A program made the position numbers and the translations under genes. Positions 1-11,480 of a DNA stretch of 59,721 nucleotides are shown piece by piece. Each line of letters begins with the position of its first letter. Position 1 is the first letter of the stretch. This stretch comes from Chara braunii (Eukaryota; Plantae; Charophyceae). The notes beneath the pieces are model-generated. The model did no database searches, had not been told where the DNA came from, and saw only the letters and a list, made by a program, of their open reading frames with translations. Location of the stretch: assembly GCA_003427395.1 (NCBI GenBank), contig BFEA01000012.1, positions 3,768,753 to 3,828,473 on the forward strand, written 5' to 3'.

Positions 1-133
1 AACCCCCCTCCCTGATTTGCGGCGGCATCGACCGAAAGTTCTCGGCCGGCCCGGCCGAGGCCGGGGTGGGTCCCGGCGTAGGCCGCCGGCCGCGGCCTGG
101 GCCGAACCAAGCCGCGGCCACCGTGCAACATAG
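1..133. mobile_element. Possible right end of a GC-rich hAT-like MITE, truncated by the window edge
   Basis: A GC-rich, GGCC-rich tract ends abruptly at GCAACATAG (125-133), resembling the MITE termini GGTAACATAG/GGTAACCTAG seen at 40002 and 17554. The other end is not visible. Confidence 0.3.
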
Positions 134-349
134 ATTCGGACTACCCCGATGATTTCACTATCATGCATTGGCATTGAGGGGTAAATACATAGGAAAGGAT
201 AAGTAAACAAATACGTCTGAAGTCACCTGTAGACGTACTCGCAGGGAACAAGTAAGAAAAACTTTAAGTTGCGCTTTATAGGGCAAATTGAAATTTGATC
301 CTGAAATCACACTTAAAAAAAAATCTGACTATGGGTTTTAGTCTAAAGA

Positions 350-1133
350 TTGAAAGAGTTCTCCCTGTATATCTTAATGAGAAACTCTATGTATTTTAAA
401 ACCATATCAACAAATTTCAAGAGGAGAAAATCACAGTAGCATGATCTTTTCATCAGACCAAATCAATTATATTAAACATTGTGGTGTGATTTCACAATAA
501 TGATTGGTGAGATGATTGACTGAAAGGATCACTTCTTATACATATGTATTTCTTTATTAAGGACTCGTGTGAGTTCGCCTTGATAAATTATATTTATGGT
601 TATGTGGGTATTGTATATGTGGGGCTAAAGTTGAGTTGTAGGTTTCGTGCTTGGTTGAGACCGCCCTAGTCGATCGGCGTACGCTTCATCCTTGAGAGAT
701 CAGCGCCCTAAGTGACGAACGACGTTCGGGTTCAATAGGCGTTTTAATCGCTTATACCTATACTATAGCGAGCAAGCAAACGCCTTCGACTGACTCACCT
801 CTGCAGTTGCACGTAAAAGTTTTCGCACGTGGGTTAGTAACTCGGTGGGGATACGCCCCTAAGGGTGGTGACAACCCCTTAGGGAAAAAAAACTTATGCC
901 GCACGGGAACCTATCCTGTCGTAGGGGACCGTGGGATGTACAGTTGATGCACCCAGTTAGAGAGACGAAGGAACGATGCGACTGTGGTCGCTGCCGCCTC
1001 TGCGGCCCACAATATTATTTATGCGTCGTCCCTTAGTTGTCTCTAATCTTGTTTCGTTTTAACTCCTGCGTGACATGGTCGAGAGGGTTCCCGCTCCTTT
1101 GCGATAAAAAGACGGGAGTCGATGCGCTCGACA
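350..1133 (+). repeat. Copy 1 of a diverged terminal-repeat (LTR-like) family containing a structured-RNA core (663-950)
   Basis: Colinear similarity to 12050-13060 and to the reverse complement of 27155-28030: CCTAGTCGA, AAACGCC..CACCTCT, GCACGTGG.TTAGTA.CTCG, GATACG, AAGGG..TGACAAC, CCTATC.TGTC.TAGGG, TCCTGCGTGAC, GCGCTCGACA. Confidence 0.8.
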
Positions 1134-1890
1134 ACGTGCATGGGAAATGGGGCATCGTCCTACTATCCTCCCCCACTCCGCCCTCAACCCTCTTCACTTT
1201 CTACTCTTGAATCATCCATGCTAACTAACGAAGATATAGTTAGAATTACAGAAACCCTGGGCAAGTGCTACATTGACGGGATTCTACTCAAGCATTTAGC
1301 ACCTAATCAGATAGAAACCGTAACTGATTATGTTCGAGTTCTTCGTAACCTTGAGTTATATAAAGTCAAAGTCTAGTGGCTAAAGCAACATGTGGTAATT
1401 ATTTTTTTTGAAAATGAGTCAATGCCGCTCCCCATCGGCCCATCGAGGTTAAGAAGACGTTGGTACACATATGCGAAGATGGGTGGAAAATGCTCAACGT
1501 TCCTCCTAAGAGAGGGCTGTTTCAGTACGAGGAAAAAAACCTTGATACTTATGCCGCCTCATCGCCAGATATCGCCTGCTAGTAGATAATGACGCATTCC
1601 AAAGAACAGTTTGAGATTGAATTAGACAAGTACAAATATACGTTTTTGTTACTTTGCATTTTTTATTATTGATGTCTGAAAAACAACTTACTGATGAATG
1701 ACGCGACACTATGCGTTTTTCATATTTATGAATTCGGTGCCTATAGATCCCGGGCACGACGATGCCCCTATTAGAAATGCCATGAAGGATGCCTTTCGGG
1801 ACATCTTGAAGTCTCACCTACTTTTTATGTCAGAGGTTCAGATGGTTCAGAGCAGAAGAGGAATAAGGTGGTGGTTCAGGTGATACAGGA
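1122..1890 (+). pseudogene. LINE ORF1-like remnant (stops and frameshifts)
   Basis: Protein-like text continues across frames (WLKQHVVIIFFENE / IEVKKTLVHICEDGW / KRGLFQYEEKNLDTYAASSPDIA) and lies upstream of the APE domain. Confidence 0.45.
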
Positions 1891-3699
1891 AGAGGGTTCA
1901 GTCTCAGTTGGAGACATAGAGATTGATAAATCAGCTAATCCACCCCCCTCCTCCCTCTCAACCTTCCCCTCTAAAGGACAGAGAAAAGGTAAAAGGCTTA
2001 AATGACGAGGTGGTGGTATTATAAAAAAAAAAAAAAAAAGGTAAAAATTAGAAAGGTCTTTCTCACGAGGAGCTGGAAATTATATCAGAAGATGAAAATA
2101 TCAAAGTCGGTACAAAAACAATTATGATAAGGAGTGAAGAACACTCGAGCCAGGCGATGAAGTAGTAGCTGCCAAGTTGAAAATATAAATTTTATGGTGC
2201 TTACATAAAACATGAGGAAGAAGACAAAATTATGCACGAGTCACAGCACGCCGATTTCCTAAAAGAGGAGGAAGAAAAAGTTAGTGATATGTTGGACCAC
2301 CATAGTGAAGAAGATGGAAAAAAAAAACAATACCTTGTGAAAAGATAACGATGTACCTAAAGATAGCGAGTGTGATGCTTGCAGAGAGATTTTTTCACCA
2401 TTGGCTCACAAGCGGAAGCATACCCCCCAAAGAGAAGCACACACCCCATTCTCAGAATATGACTTAGAGTCAAACTCTGAGAGTGATAAATTGACGTGCT
2501 TCGACCATTTAAACTTTTTTTTTTAAGGTCTCAGAAAAGGGAGTCTTACTTTTTGATAATTTTATATTTTTTTCATTTACCTTCTCTTTCCCAAAGTGCA
2601 GACGGAATCCCCCTCCCCCCACAGACTGATATTATTCCGAATGGGTTCCCTTGAACTTAAAAGTGTCGGATGATCTGGTATTGCGGGTTGAAAAAAATGA
2701 CTCTATTGATTTTGAAGAGGGTTCTAGGATGTGTTGTGTCGTATACAAGACGACTGGGAAAGAACCCAGCCAGAGGAGCTAAATATTAACCTCGTGGGGC
2801 CACAACTTTCAAGAAACAACACTCGAGAGTTTGGATTTTCAGCCATACCCAATGAGAAACAAATACACTTTCTGGCTACAAAAGAGAAGATGAAAGATCA
2901 TCAGAGTTTGGCCCGTCGAGAAGAGGAATAAATCCATTCCGAGTCCCCTGTTGATCCTTCCCTGACAAAAAACTCGTAAAGGAAGAGATCACAAGTGATA
3001 AACTCAATTCATTGAGCGCTTAGCCTATTGTTAGAAGCCTGAATGAAAACCTTGTCGAGACCAAGAAATCAACAGTGCAAACCTCTAATCTACTGACTTT
3101 ATTCATTCCGGCAAGACGTAATGATCCTAACAAAACGTTTAACGAATGATAAGTTGGGGTTGCCCTCTTTTCGGATTCAGAGACAACCTTGAGAGGCCAA
3201 AGTCCATGAGTTGACGAATAAGTTGTCTTTGAACCACATGGGCAACGGTGACATCGATCTTGAAGTTGAAATCACATCGTTATTTGTCTTGTTACCTTCA
3301 GGAGATACTACACTTCGACACACTGTTATTTTCTTTGTGGGCTTTCAATCGATAATTGAATCCTTTAAGAGGTAAAGTAACCTAAGGGTGCAAGAAAACC
3401 CATTGGAGGACTTTTTTTCCTATAAAAGTGAGGCAGTATGTGGGATTACGTTAGCCTCAGACCTTACGAGAAAAAAATTATAGCCGATTCAATCAAATAT
3501 GTTAATCTGCATGATAGGATGACATCTTCATTGTTGGTGCAAAAACTGTATGACCTAAGAGCAAACATATAGGTCGTCCTCCCTTTGTTAAAGTCAAAGT
3601 GAGTTTAATCCAACCCGAGAACAATAAGGACCTGCCTAATGGTCTTACCTAATCAAGTATGGATTGTTCCATAAAATATCAGATGATTTGGTGAGACAA

Positions 3700-4345
3700 C
3701 CAATAGAAAAAAAACAAAGGCTAAGGGTATGACTACATTTGAATGCTTTGCACGTACTAAGTCACCTTGAGACTAAACTAAATTCTGACAAAGCTTCAAA
3801 ATATGCTAATTGGTGGGAGGGGTCACAATTTTGGACCCCAACAAATTGCATGTGGGGAGGAACAACAATGTTGATTAATAGAGAGTTTGACTGTCAGATC
3901 TTCAACACCTTCTCAGCCCATGGTGGAAGATGGGTTTGGGCGAAACAATGTATTGGCTCGAAGAGTTTGACACTTATGTCTGTTTACACCCTAGTCGGTT
4001 ATAATGCAAGAATAAAGTTTTTATTACTTTTTACCAACTTACTTGTCATCTCCAAGATGCAAAGAATTTGATCTTAATAGCCGATTGGAATGCAACCCTC
4101 AATCTCATACTAAACACGTTGACTTCTTCCTTCATCAAGGAAGATACTCAGATGTTAACTATATTGTAGACTCACAATGATCCTTGATTGATGTTTGTCG
4201 AACAATGAACCTTGACAACCACGGATTCGTGAGTCTTGTCGAGGAAAATACTAGATTTCGTGGCAAGAGGCAGTCCATCGAACCGTTGTATTTTGCCAGA
4301 CTTCACTTACTCCTCTCTCTAACCACTACCCACTAGTAATGAATA
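3700..4345 (+). pseudogene. LINE ORF2 APE-type endonuclease domain, decayed
   Basis: Motifs in order: LETKL (QETK), GGTTML, GRW, LMSVY, ILIADWN (GDFN), LIDVCR..N (DxWR), LDF (RLD), SNHYPL (SDH). Confidence 0.85.
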
Positions 4346-4974
4346 TTATATTATAAGAAGTTATAAAAAAACATACTCACCTTTCATTGAATATAAACAA
4401 TTTAAAAGACAAAGGACTTCTAAAATGGTAGAGGATCAAATCATAGTTTGATAACAGGGAAGAAGAATGGTCTGAAGTAAACCTCAATATTGTGAAAACC
4501 AATTTGATTGTTTTATCCTGAATAAAGGCAACAAACCAAAAATGGAAAGAATACAAATTGTTGAAGGAAATAGAGGAAGGAGAAGCTAATATGGGAAGGG
4601 ACCCGCTCTCATACTATTTTTGGTTGAGAAGAACAACATCCCTAGCCGGATAACCACACCTGTATATCTGACCGATTCATCGAGCCTCCAATTTATCTGG
4701 AATTCCGGATAAACCGAAAATTATCATAAAAAATATTTATTTGTTTATTTATTTTACGTGTGGTTTATTTGCGCTGGGTATGGGGTACCCGAGATAAAAC
4801 AAATAGTGGTGTTTTCGCCCGTATACCGCCTTACTCCTCCTTTTCCTCCTCGTCTGCCTCCTCCTAATCCTCTTCTTTTTCCTCTTCCTCCTCTTCCTCC
4901 TCCTCCTCCTCCTCTTCCCCCTCTTCCTCTTCCTCCTCGTCCTCCTCATCATAGTTCCAGTCCTCCTCGACAAT

Positions 4975-4975
4975 T

Positions 4976-5027
<52 letters not shown>

Positions 5028-5185
5028 TGTCAATTAATCAATCGTTCTAATCGAATCGATTGATTCGATTGGATCTTGATTTTCATTTAATGAAGATCCA
5101 ATCTGACCAATTGATTCGATTGATTGATTGATGAATGGATGGATGGATGAATCAATCAATTGATTGATTGATTGATTGATTGATT
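4975..5185. repeat. (AATC)n - core hairpin - (GATT)n palindromic microsatellite module, copy 1
   Basis: Core GATTGGATCTT..AAGATCCAATC flanked by complementary tetranucleotide arms. Confidence 0.85.
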
Positions 5186-6369
5186 AAAAAAGAACAAAAA
5201 TAAAAATAAAAATAAAAACGCAGGGGGTGGGTCGATGTCCACGTCGACAGTGTCGTTGTCGCCCCCCTCCTCCTCCACCTCTTTCTCCTCATCCCCCTCC
5301 TCCTACTTGTCGTTGTCCCCATCCTCCTCCTCCTCTTCTTCCTCCTCCTCTCCCTCCTCCTCCTCCTCCTCCTTCACATTGTTCTCTCGCTTTTGGTGCG
5401 AAAATTCTTACAAGGGTATCCACCCTGGTTTGTGCAAGTGATAGAAAATAAGTTTGAACTTGAAAACTGAAGGCACCGCGTGAGTCGCGGTTGTATTCTC
5501 CTTCACTCTCATTGAATGTGAGACAAGAAGTAGAGTGTGTGTGAGTGCGTAGTTTTAAAAGTACATGTGATCTTTCTTCTTTGATATTGACTATAAAGAT
5601 GACATAGTTGTCGACAAAAGCTTGTTTTTAATCAAACTAGGATTAAGTGATATGTTTTCTTTGACTCAGTATGTGTAACGGCGGCGCGTGCACGCGTGTG
5701 GAGGCAGCATCGCTATGGTCGACATCAAACCTAACCACCGGTGTCACGAAGATTTATAAAGGTGACTGTTTAAAACTTTGTTTAAGCCATGTAGCACACG
5801 ACACAGTAAGGCATTCTGATTACCCGTATGGCGGTACGACTTTGGCATGGTGGGCGGTTTGTGCGATGGTTATGAGCGAAGCTCGGTCTCCGTGTGACTT
5901 ATGTCGGCGCTCGGCGACCGTGGATTGGGTTGGTAGGTCAAGGTGTGACCTTGGGGCTTTTTGGTAGGCCCCTCACTGTGCCGTATCCATGTATATGGAG
6001 GTTTGCAGGGCTGATCCTAGACTTGGGCCTAACTGCTTTAGCACCATGGGTTACGGTGCCTGACTTCCATGCTGTAGTTATGGGGATCGAAGACTGCGGA
6101 TGGTGATGCAAGAGTTTTGGAACATTATCAAGGAAACAATGGGTTGATGGTCCGACGGGGCTATCCCCCTCAATTTTGCATTTTGCACTGATCGTAAGAG
6201 CAACTGGTGGGACAATAGGGGTGACGACGGTTCTTCCCCCTCGGTACATATTTCGATGTTTCTCTGTCCCTACTCTTTTTAATTTTCGTTTCCCTTATAT
6301 TTGTTGTTTTATTCTATTCTTCATAAAGTCCGCTTCCTTTTGGGATATGGGTCAGTATCCGTGCCCAGA

Positions 6370-6468
6370 CCAGCATCGAGACCCAAGGGCCTAACTTAGT
6401 TGGTAGACCCACGAACTGTTGAAATACGGACCCGAGCCCAAGTGTAGATGCCATTAGGTGAATATAAT
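6370..6468 (+). other. tRNA-like / SINE-head remnant a
   Basis: A-box-like TAACTTAGTTGGTAG. Paralogous to 6728-6830. Confidence 0.45.
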
Positions 6469-6604
6469 CAAATAACTTTGAATTGCCTGCGGCAGACAGA
6501 TCAATATTGAGATCTCAAGGCCGTCACGACACTCACAGACGTTGAGAGCGCACTTGTTTCACTTGGTCCGTTACGATGCCTGCGTGTTCGGGATGTTGGC
6601 GAAC

Positions 6605-6725
6605 TTTCCCTATCATGCTTATCGTGATACGTGGACCGGGGAGTTAACTTATGTGTTGGCTCGTGGGTATTTAGCCCACGAGATGGAAGAAAGGTAATCG
6701 CTTGTGCACCTCCCAGGCTCCCACC
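6605..6725 (+). pseudogene. Possible degenerate 5'-truncated U2 snRNA remnant
   Basis: TATCATGCTTATCGTGATACGTGGACC resembles plant U2 TATCAGTTTAATATCTGATAYGTGGGCC. TTAACT-TATGTGTTG resembles the Sm-site region. Weak match from memory. Confidence 0.3.
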
Positions 6726-6727
6726 AA

Positions 6728-6830
6728 CCAGGCGTTGAGGCCAAGTGACTGAGCTCAGTTGGTACAACCCCAAATTGTTGAAATACAGACCCAAGTTCAA
6801 GTCCAGATACGATGAGATGATCATAATATA
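6728..6830 (+). other. tRNA-like / SINE-head remnant b with A and B boxes
   Basis: AGCTCAGTTGGTA (A box) and AGTTCAAGTCC (B box) at tRNA-like spacing. Confidence 0.55.
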
Positions 6831-6893
6831 ATAAATTATGAATAATGTGGGGCCAACCAACTCATATATCTCAAAGCCGCTGCTTGCAACTTA

Positions 6894-6960
6894 GTCCTTC
6901 AGGAAATCTGTTAAAATTGGAATGGCACAGAGAAGATTAGCACGGCCCACTGCGAGGGAG
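6894..6960 (+). pseudogene. U6: U6 snRNA 5' fragment (~nt 1-65)
   Basis: GTCCTTCAGGAAATCTGTTAAAATTGGAATGGCACAGAGAAGATTAGCACGGCCCACTGCG matches plant U6, including the invariant ACAGAGAAGATTAGC. Confidence 0.92.
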
Positions 6961-6962
6961 GC

Positions 6963-7216
6963 GCCTGAGCAGGGCGAGGCCAAAGAAAACTCTGGTGGGT
7001 AGTACGGTGTAGAAGTATCATGCAAATCGAACGTAGGACTTGCGTATAGGGGCAAAAGGCCAAGCAGGCTGTCTAGTAGCAGGTCTCCTTGAAGTTTGAA
7101 AGCAGGCCGTCTAGTAGCACGTCTCCTTGAAGTTCGAATGCAGACCGCTTAGTAACACGTCTCCTTGAAGTTCAAAGTTTCCCGTAGAATAGCGGAGCTG
7201 TTGAGCAGTTTTACCG
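6963..7216 (+). pseudogene. 26S (LSU) rRNA fragment fused to U6, with an internal ~38-bp triplication
   Basis: GCCTGAGC..AAACTCTGGTGG..TGCAAATCG..GTATAGGGGC.AAAG..TCTAGTAGC..GAAGTT..TTTCCC..ATAGC.GAGC..AGTTTTA follows the LSU consensus. The GTCTAGTAGC..CTCCTTGAAGTT segment occurs three times. Confidence 0.9.
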
Positions 7217-7799
7217 CACCGTTATGCAATCGTGCGCTACGACGGATGGCGTCGGCAAGGGAACAAGGGAGAAAGTGATGAAGGCGAAAACGAGGAAAAA
7301 GGTCATAGGTAGGAGGACGAAGAGGAGTAAGCGAAGAAGAAGCACCGGAGGAAGAAAAGGTCGAAAGGGAATGAACCGAATTTAGGCGTGGGTACGCGCA
7401 AGGTATATTCAGGAAAGGAAGAAGCGGGGATGGTAGAAAAACGAGCATGGCACAACTGTTTTTGCTTAGCTCACTCGGTTCTCAATCATATCGAGTAAGA
7501 CAAGACGCTAAGCGAGGGTTTTTCACCCTGGCGAGCTTAGTGGTTGTTTTAGTTTTTGCGTTGGAGTAGCAACGAGAGAGTTAGTAAGAGAATTGGGTGC
7601 GCATAGGTCAAGTGAAGGGAGGAGATGAAAAAATTAGAGAACGGAGATCCCATCCTCGATGAAATCAGGTGAGGTAAGAATATAAACTTAGGTTTTGGGA
7701 GGTGGAGAATACCTTGGTGAAGATATATTGGAAGGGGGAGCAACAAAATATACGGTACGGTGTACAGAAACTACGCGAAGGAGAGAATACAAAGAAGGG

Positions 7800-8095
7800 A
7801 AGTGTATATTTCCTTGTTCTAGTGGAAGATTTATTCCGATTTTGCTCATCCTACCGATGAACGTAGCCCCTCTCTAGCTCTTTGCACGCATGATTGGAAA
7901 TTCAGTGTATATTTTCATGTCTGACCAGAAAACTCATTCTAATTTTTCACATCCTATCGATGGAAGTAGGCTCTCACTTTGCCGTTGTGCGCATGACTGA
8001 AGCACTGTGTATATTTCTGTGTTCTAGCGAAAGATTCATTGCGATTTTGCTCATTCTGCCGAAGGAGGATCTCCCTCTTTTTCTCGCGCGTGTGA
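7800..8095. repeat. Degenerate tandem repeat, ~103 bp x 3
   Basis: GTGTATATTT starts at 7802, 7905 and 8007 with colinear downstream similarity. Confidence 0.8.
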
Positions 8096-8234
8096 GTGCT
8101 CACCTCGACGGTTGCATCTGGCAACTCCTTAGTCCATACTCACAGCGGGATAATTTTTTTTCAATGTATTTGACTGTCGTGGTGTATCTTCCTATGTTCT
8201 TGCGGAAGTTTTCTTCTCACTTTGCACATTTGTA

Positions 8235-8295
8235 GGCTGCTAAGTTGATGCATTTATGAAACTGTCAAATTGAAGACTTTAGTTCAAATCCTGTG
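8235..8295 (+). other. tRNA-like remnant c, just upstream of the 18S fragment
   Basis: GCTAAGTTGATGCA..AACTGTCAAAT..GAC..AGTTCAAATCC aligns with copies a and b. B box intact. Confidence 0.45.
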
Positions 8296-8316
8296 GCGAT
8301 TGCTAGTTACACACGC

Positions 8317-8570
8317 CACCTAGTCGATCCTGCCAGCGACCATATACTTGCCTCAAATACTAAGCCATGCATGCCTAAGTATGAACACTTTGGACTATGA
8401 ACTGCGAATGGCGTATTAGATCATCTTCTTTTCTTTTTCTTTTTTATCTTACTTTTAATTTTATTGTCAAGTGGTTTCTTTACCACTTGGATACTATGGT
8501 TATCTTAGAGCTAGTACATGAAGTGTATCCCGACTTCTGGAAAGAATGTAATTATCAGAAAGGGTCGATC
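8317..8570 (+). pseudogene. 18S (SSU) rRNA 5'-end fragment
   Basis: ACCTAGTCGATCCTGCCAG..CATATACTTG.CTCAAA.A.TAAGCCATGCATG..TAAGTATGAAC..ACTGCGAATGGC..TAGAGCTA.TAC..CCCGACTTCTGGAA matches the 18S 5' end. A T-rich insert is present at ~8425-8470. Confidence 0.92.
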
Positions 8571-9835
8571 CAAACCCACCTTGAGTTATCCGTATCTGAT
8601 TGCGGTTATGACCAAGTCCGGTGAAAGTGGGGCATCGACGAAGGAATAGAAAGGAAGCTTGTTTCCGGTCGTTTCAAATGTATTGCGACATTGAGAGTTG
8701 GAGCATGTTGAGCTTCCGTGCGTGGTTCATTGAGTTGCAACTTTTATTTTCGCTACTGCTGAACTGAAGTTTGCAAGAGTACTGTTTATCTTGTTGAGTT
8801 GTTGGCACAACTGCCATTCAAGGGCCCACCGTTTTGTTGCTGAATGAACCTCAGTGATTCAGGTGCAACTGTTGTTTTTAGTGGTTGGTGAGCTGCTTGA
8901 GTTTGCGCAAGGGATTTGGATCTATCAACCTTCAGTGTGAGTTTTGTGTTGAACTCTCTTGCGCACATTATTGTGTGAGGAGTGTGGTGATCTCGCGATT
9001 CAAAGGGTGAGTTCGTGAGTGCTTTAGCAAGTGATCGAGAGAGTGAAGGCGGCGAGTTGTGTATGACTGTGCTCTGTCACTAGGTATTGTTGTGCACTGC
9101 TGCTGAACAGTGCTGCAGTGTCTCGAGGTTGCGCACGACTGTTGTGGGTGCTGTGTTTTGCTGAAAATTGTTGCGTTTAGCCTGCATCTTGAATAGAGCA
9201 CAACGGGGATGTGCACTTTTCGAACGCAAACTTTTCAGGCTGAGTAGTGGGGGCGCTAGTTAGAAAGTGAGATGTTGTGACTTGAAGGAATAACCAGGCT
9301 TTGAAGGGGAGTTACCACCGTGACTTAGAGGTCAGTCAGGGTGCAAGGTATCAAGGCCCTCTCACGTGAGTTTGAGCGCACCTCTCTTGTATCTGAGAGA
9401 CTGAATGATTCATCTTCTGTTTTGCAAACTCTCAGTTTAGTCTATTTCATTAAGAGAGGAAGGTGGCAAGCACAATTGGAAACCCGTAATCCGTACCAAG
9501 GCCTCTGTGGGAGGTTCACCCCACTGATTGCGGGAACTCTGTCGGAATTTAGGTGAGGTTCTGGAGGCAGATAACTGTCAGATATAACTTTCTTTGCCTA
9601 TGTGAACCCACTATACCTCTACCATTACATCTCTCTAGTTTGTTTGAGAGGTATGTGCGTGTTCCTCTATGATTTTGTTTCCTTTTCATAACTTTAATCG
9701 GATTAACTAAAAGGAGTGCATGCGTGAATTTCAGTTTCATTTTTCTCTGACTGGAATGAGACTAAGGGATAAACTAGCGGAAGGTGAGAGGAAGGTGGTA
9801 TTGCATGCGTTTGACTGAGTCGATCAAAGGTTGGG

Positions 9836-10600
9836 CATTGTTTCTAAGCTGAATGACACAGTGTTATGTTTTTTGTCTGTTTTCTGAAGGACCAGACATT
9901 GTTTCGAAGATGAATAGCCTCGTTGCTATGTTTATTTCTGTGGATTTGCCTGTCTAACTTTTGAGGTTAAACATTGTTTCTAAGATGAATGGTTTGGCCT
10001 ACCTGTTTCTTTTGGAGTTTCTGACTGAAGTTTGACATTCATGATTGTTTTCAAACTGAATGGTTTAACTTCAAGCTTTGTGTCACTTGGGATAGACTGG
10101 ATATTGTTTCTAAGCTGAATGCTTCAGTCTCTTGTTTTATTTTGAGGGAAACTTTCGTTTGGTGAAAGACTAAGCATTGTTTTTATGTTGAATCGTTTAG
10201 CCTGAAACCATACACTAAGCACAAATAAGTACAATTGAAAATACTTTATTTATATTTGCAGGTGAACAAACAGCTTGACATTGTTTCCGAGGAGAATGGT
10301 TCAACTTCATCCTATTACTAAGAAGAGAGATAAAGTCTAAAGTATATTAATTGGAAATAAACTGGTCAAGCTAATCATTGATCTAGTAAGTTGAATGACT
10401 TAGTTCCCTGCCCATATTTTGAAAATAAGTCGTAGAGTTATTAACTTTTAGATATTAAAATATTTCAGGGTGACTAGACAATGATTCTAAGCTGAACGAT
10501 ATAGTCACATGCCCAAAGACGAAATAAGTAATTGTGCAACTTGTTCGTATATAATCTCAGACGTGTTAGGCGTTGTTTCTAAGTTGAACGATCTAGCGTC
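9836..10600. repeat. Ten copies of a ~25-30 bp motif (CATTGTTTCTAAGNTGAATGR) with variable spacers
   Basis: Starts at 9836, 9897, 9972, 10043, 10102, 10175, 10279, 10376, 10479 and 10571. Confidence 0.8.
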
Positions 10601-10859
10601 ATGCCATATGTAAGATGGGTAAAAGAGATAATTATCTGGAGGATCAATGAACTATTTTATGTAGAAACAACTTGAAATTTTTTGTGAGAGTCCTTACCCA
10701 TTGTGGTATGGACTTGCATGTGGTTGAGTGTAAACTCTACTTAGTCAAAGTTTCAACTTTGGTAGGTAGTTGCTTTAGATGCTCGTCATGTGCTGAAGCT
10801 GTAGGAGTTAGTTCAATTTCTGCATTTTATGAGTTAAGTTTAATTCTCATACTTGATTT

Positions 10860-11480
10860 TGTATAAATTTTGGAAAGACACTTTCGCTAAGGGAAGTGAT
10901 GCCTAAATTTTTGCAAACCCAATTTTTTGTGTTCACAAATTCAACTTTTTGTTTGAGTTTTATATTTGGCTTGGTAGAAATCTGGAAAGTGTGTTTTTCT
11001 AGGGGAAATGCTGCCCAATTATTTTACTTAATCAGTGAGTTCGACAAAATTCGGCTTTGTAAAGTCCTAATTATTTTTAGATTTTATATTTAATTTTGTA
11101 TAAATTTTGGAATGACACTTTCTCTAGGGAAAGTGTTGCTAACACTTTTAAAAATATAAAGAGTTATTTAAATTTTATCTTGGCAAAATTTGAGTTTTAT
11201 CTTGAGGTCATATCCGACTCAGTATAAATTTGAGAAACCTACTTTTCTAATGAAGATGCTGCCCAAATGTTTACTGAATCGGAGAGTTTGACAAAATTTA
11301 ACTCGTAAAGTTAAAGATCGTTTTCAAATTTCATATTCAGTCAAATATAAATTATAGAAAGACACTTTCTCTAAATGGAGTGTTGCAAAAAATTTCTTGG
11401 TTTCGAGCATTAGATTATATTTTGATAAGAAAAGTTTTGGCAATTCACCCTGTGTAAGGGAGATGCTGTTAAAATGTTTT
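10860..11480. repeat. Degenerate ~120-bp tandem repeat with alternating (dimeric) units
   Basis: TATAAATTTTGGAA.GACACTTTC.CTA.GG.AAGTG.TGC-like units at ~10862, 10976, 11099, 11224, 11347 and 11432. Confidence 0.7.

Noticed and set aside
836-905. Twister ribozyme (TAA..GGTGACAACCC resembles the twister L4 loop) or hammerhead
   Set aside because: TAA is TAG in copies 2 and 3, the GA preceding the T1 partner strand is absent, and there is no CUGANGA/GAAA core. The structure is reported as unassigned.
4637-4655. TSD for the 12.4-kb insertion (CATCC, or AGCCGGATA also at 17031)
   Set aside because: Two incompatible candidates and no matching TIRs, so the boundary is left approximate.
6836-6855. 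Plant snRNA USE element upstream of U6
   Set aside because: Only an inverted partial match (ATGTGGG), which is insufficient.
6894-8570. Functional rDNA unit, U6 gene or tRNA genes
   Set aside because: All are short, substituted fragments in non-rDNA order. U6 lacks its 3' part and T-run, and the tRNA-like heads do not form convincing cloverleaves.
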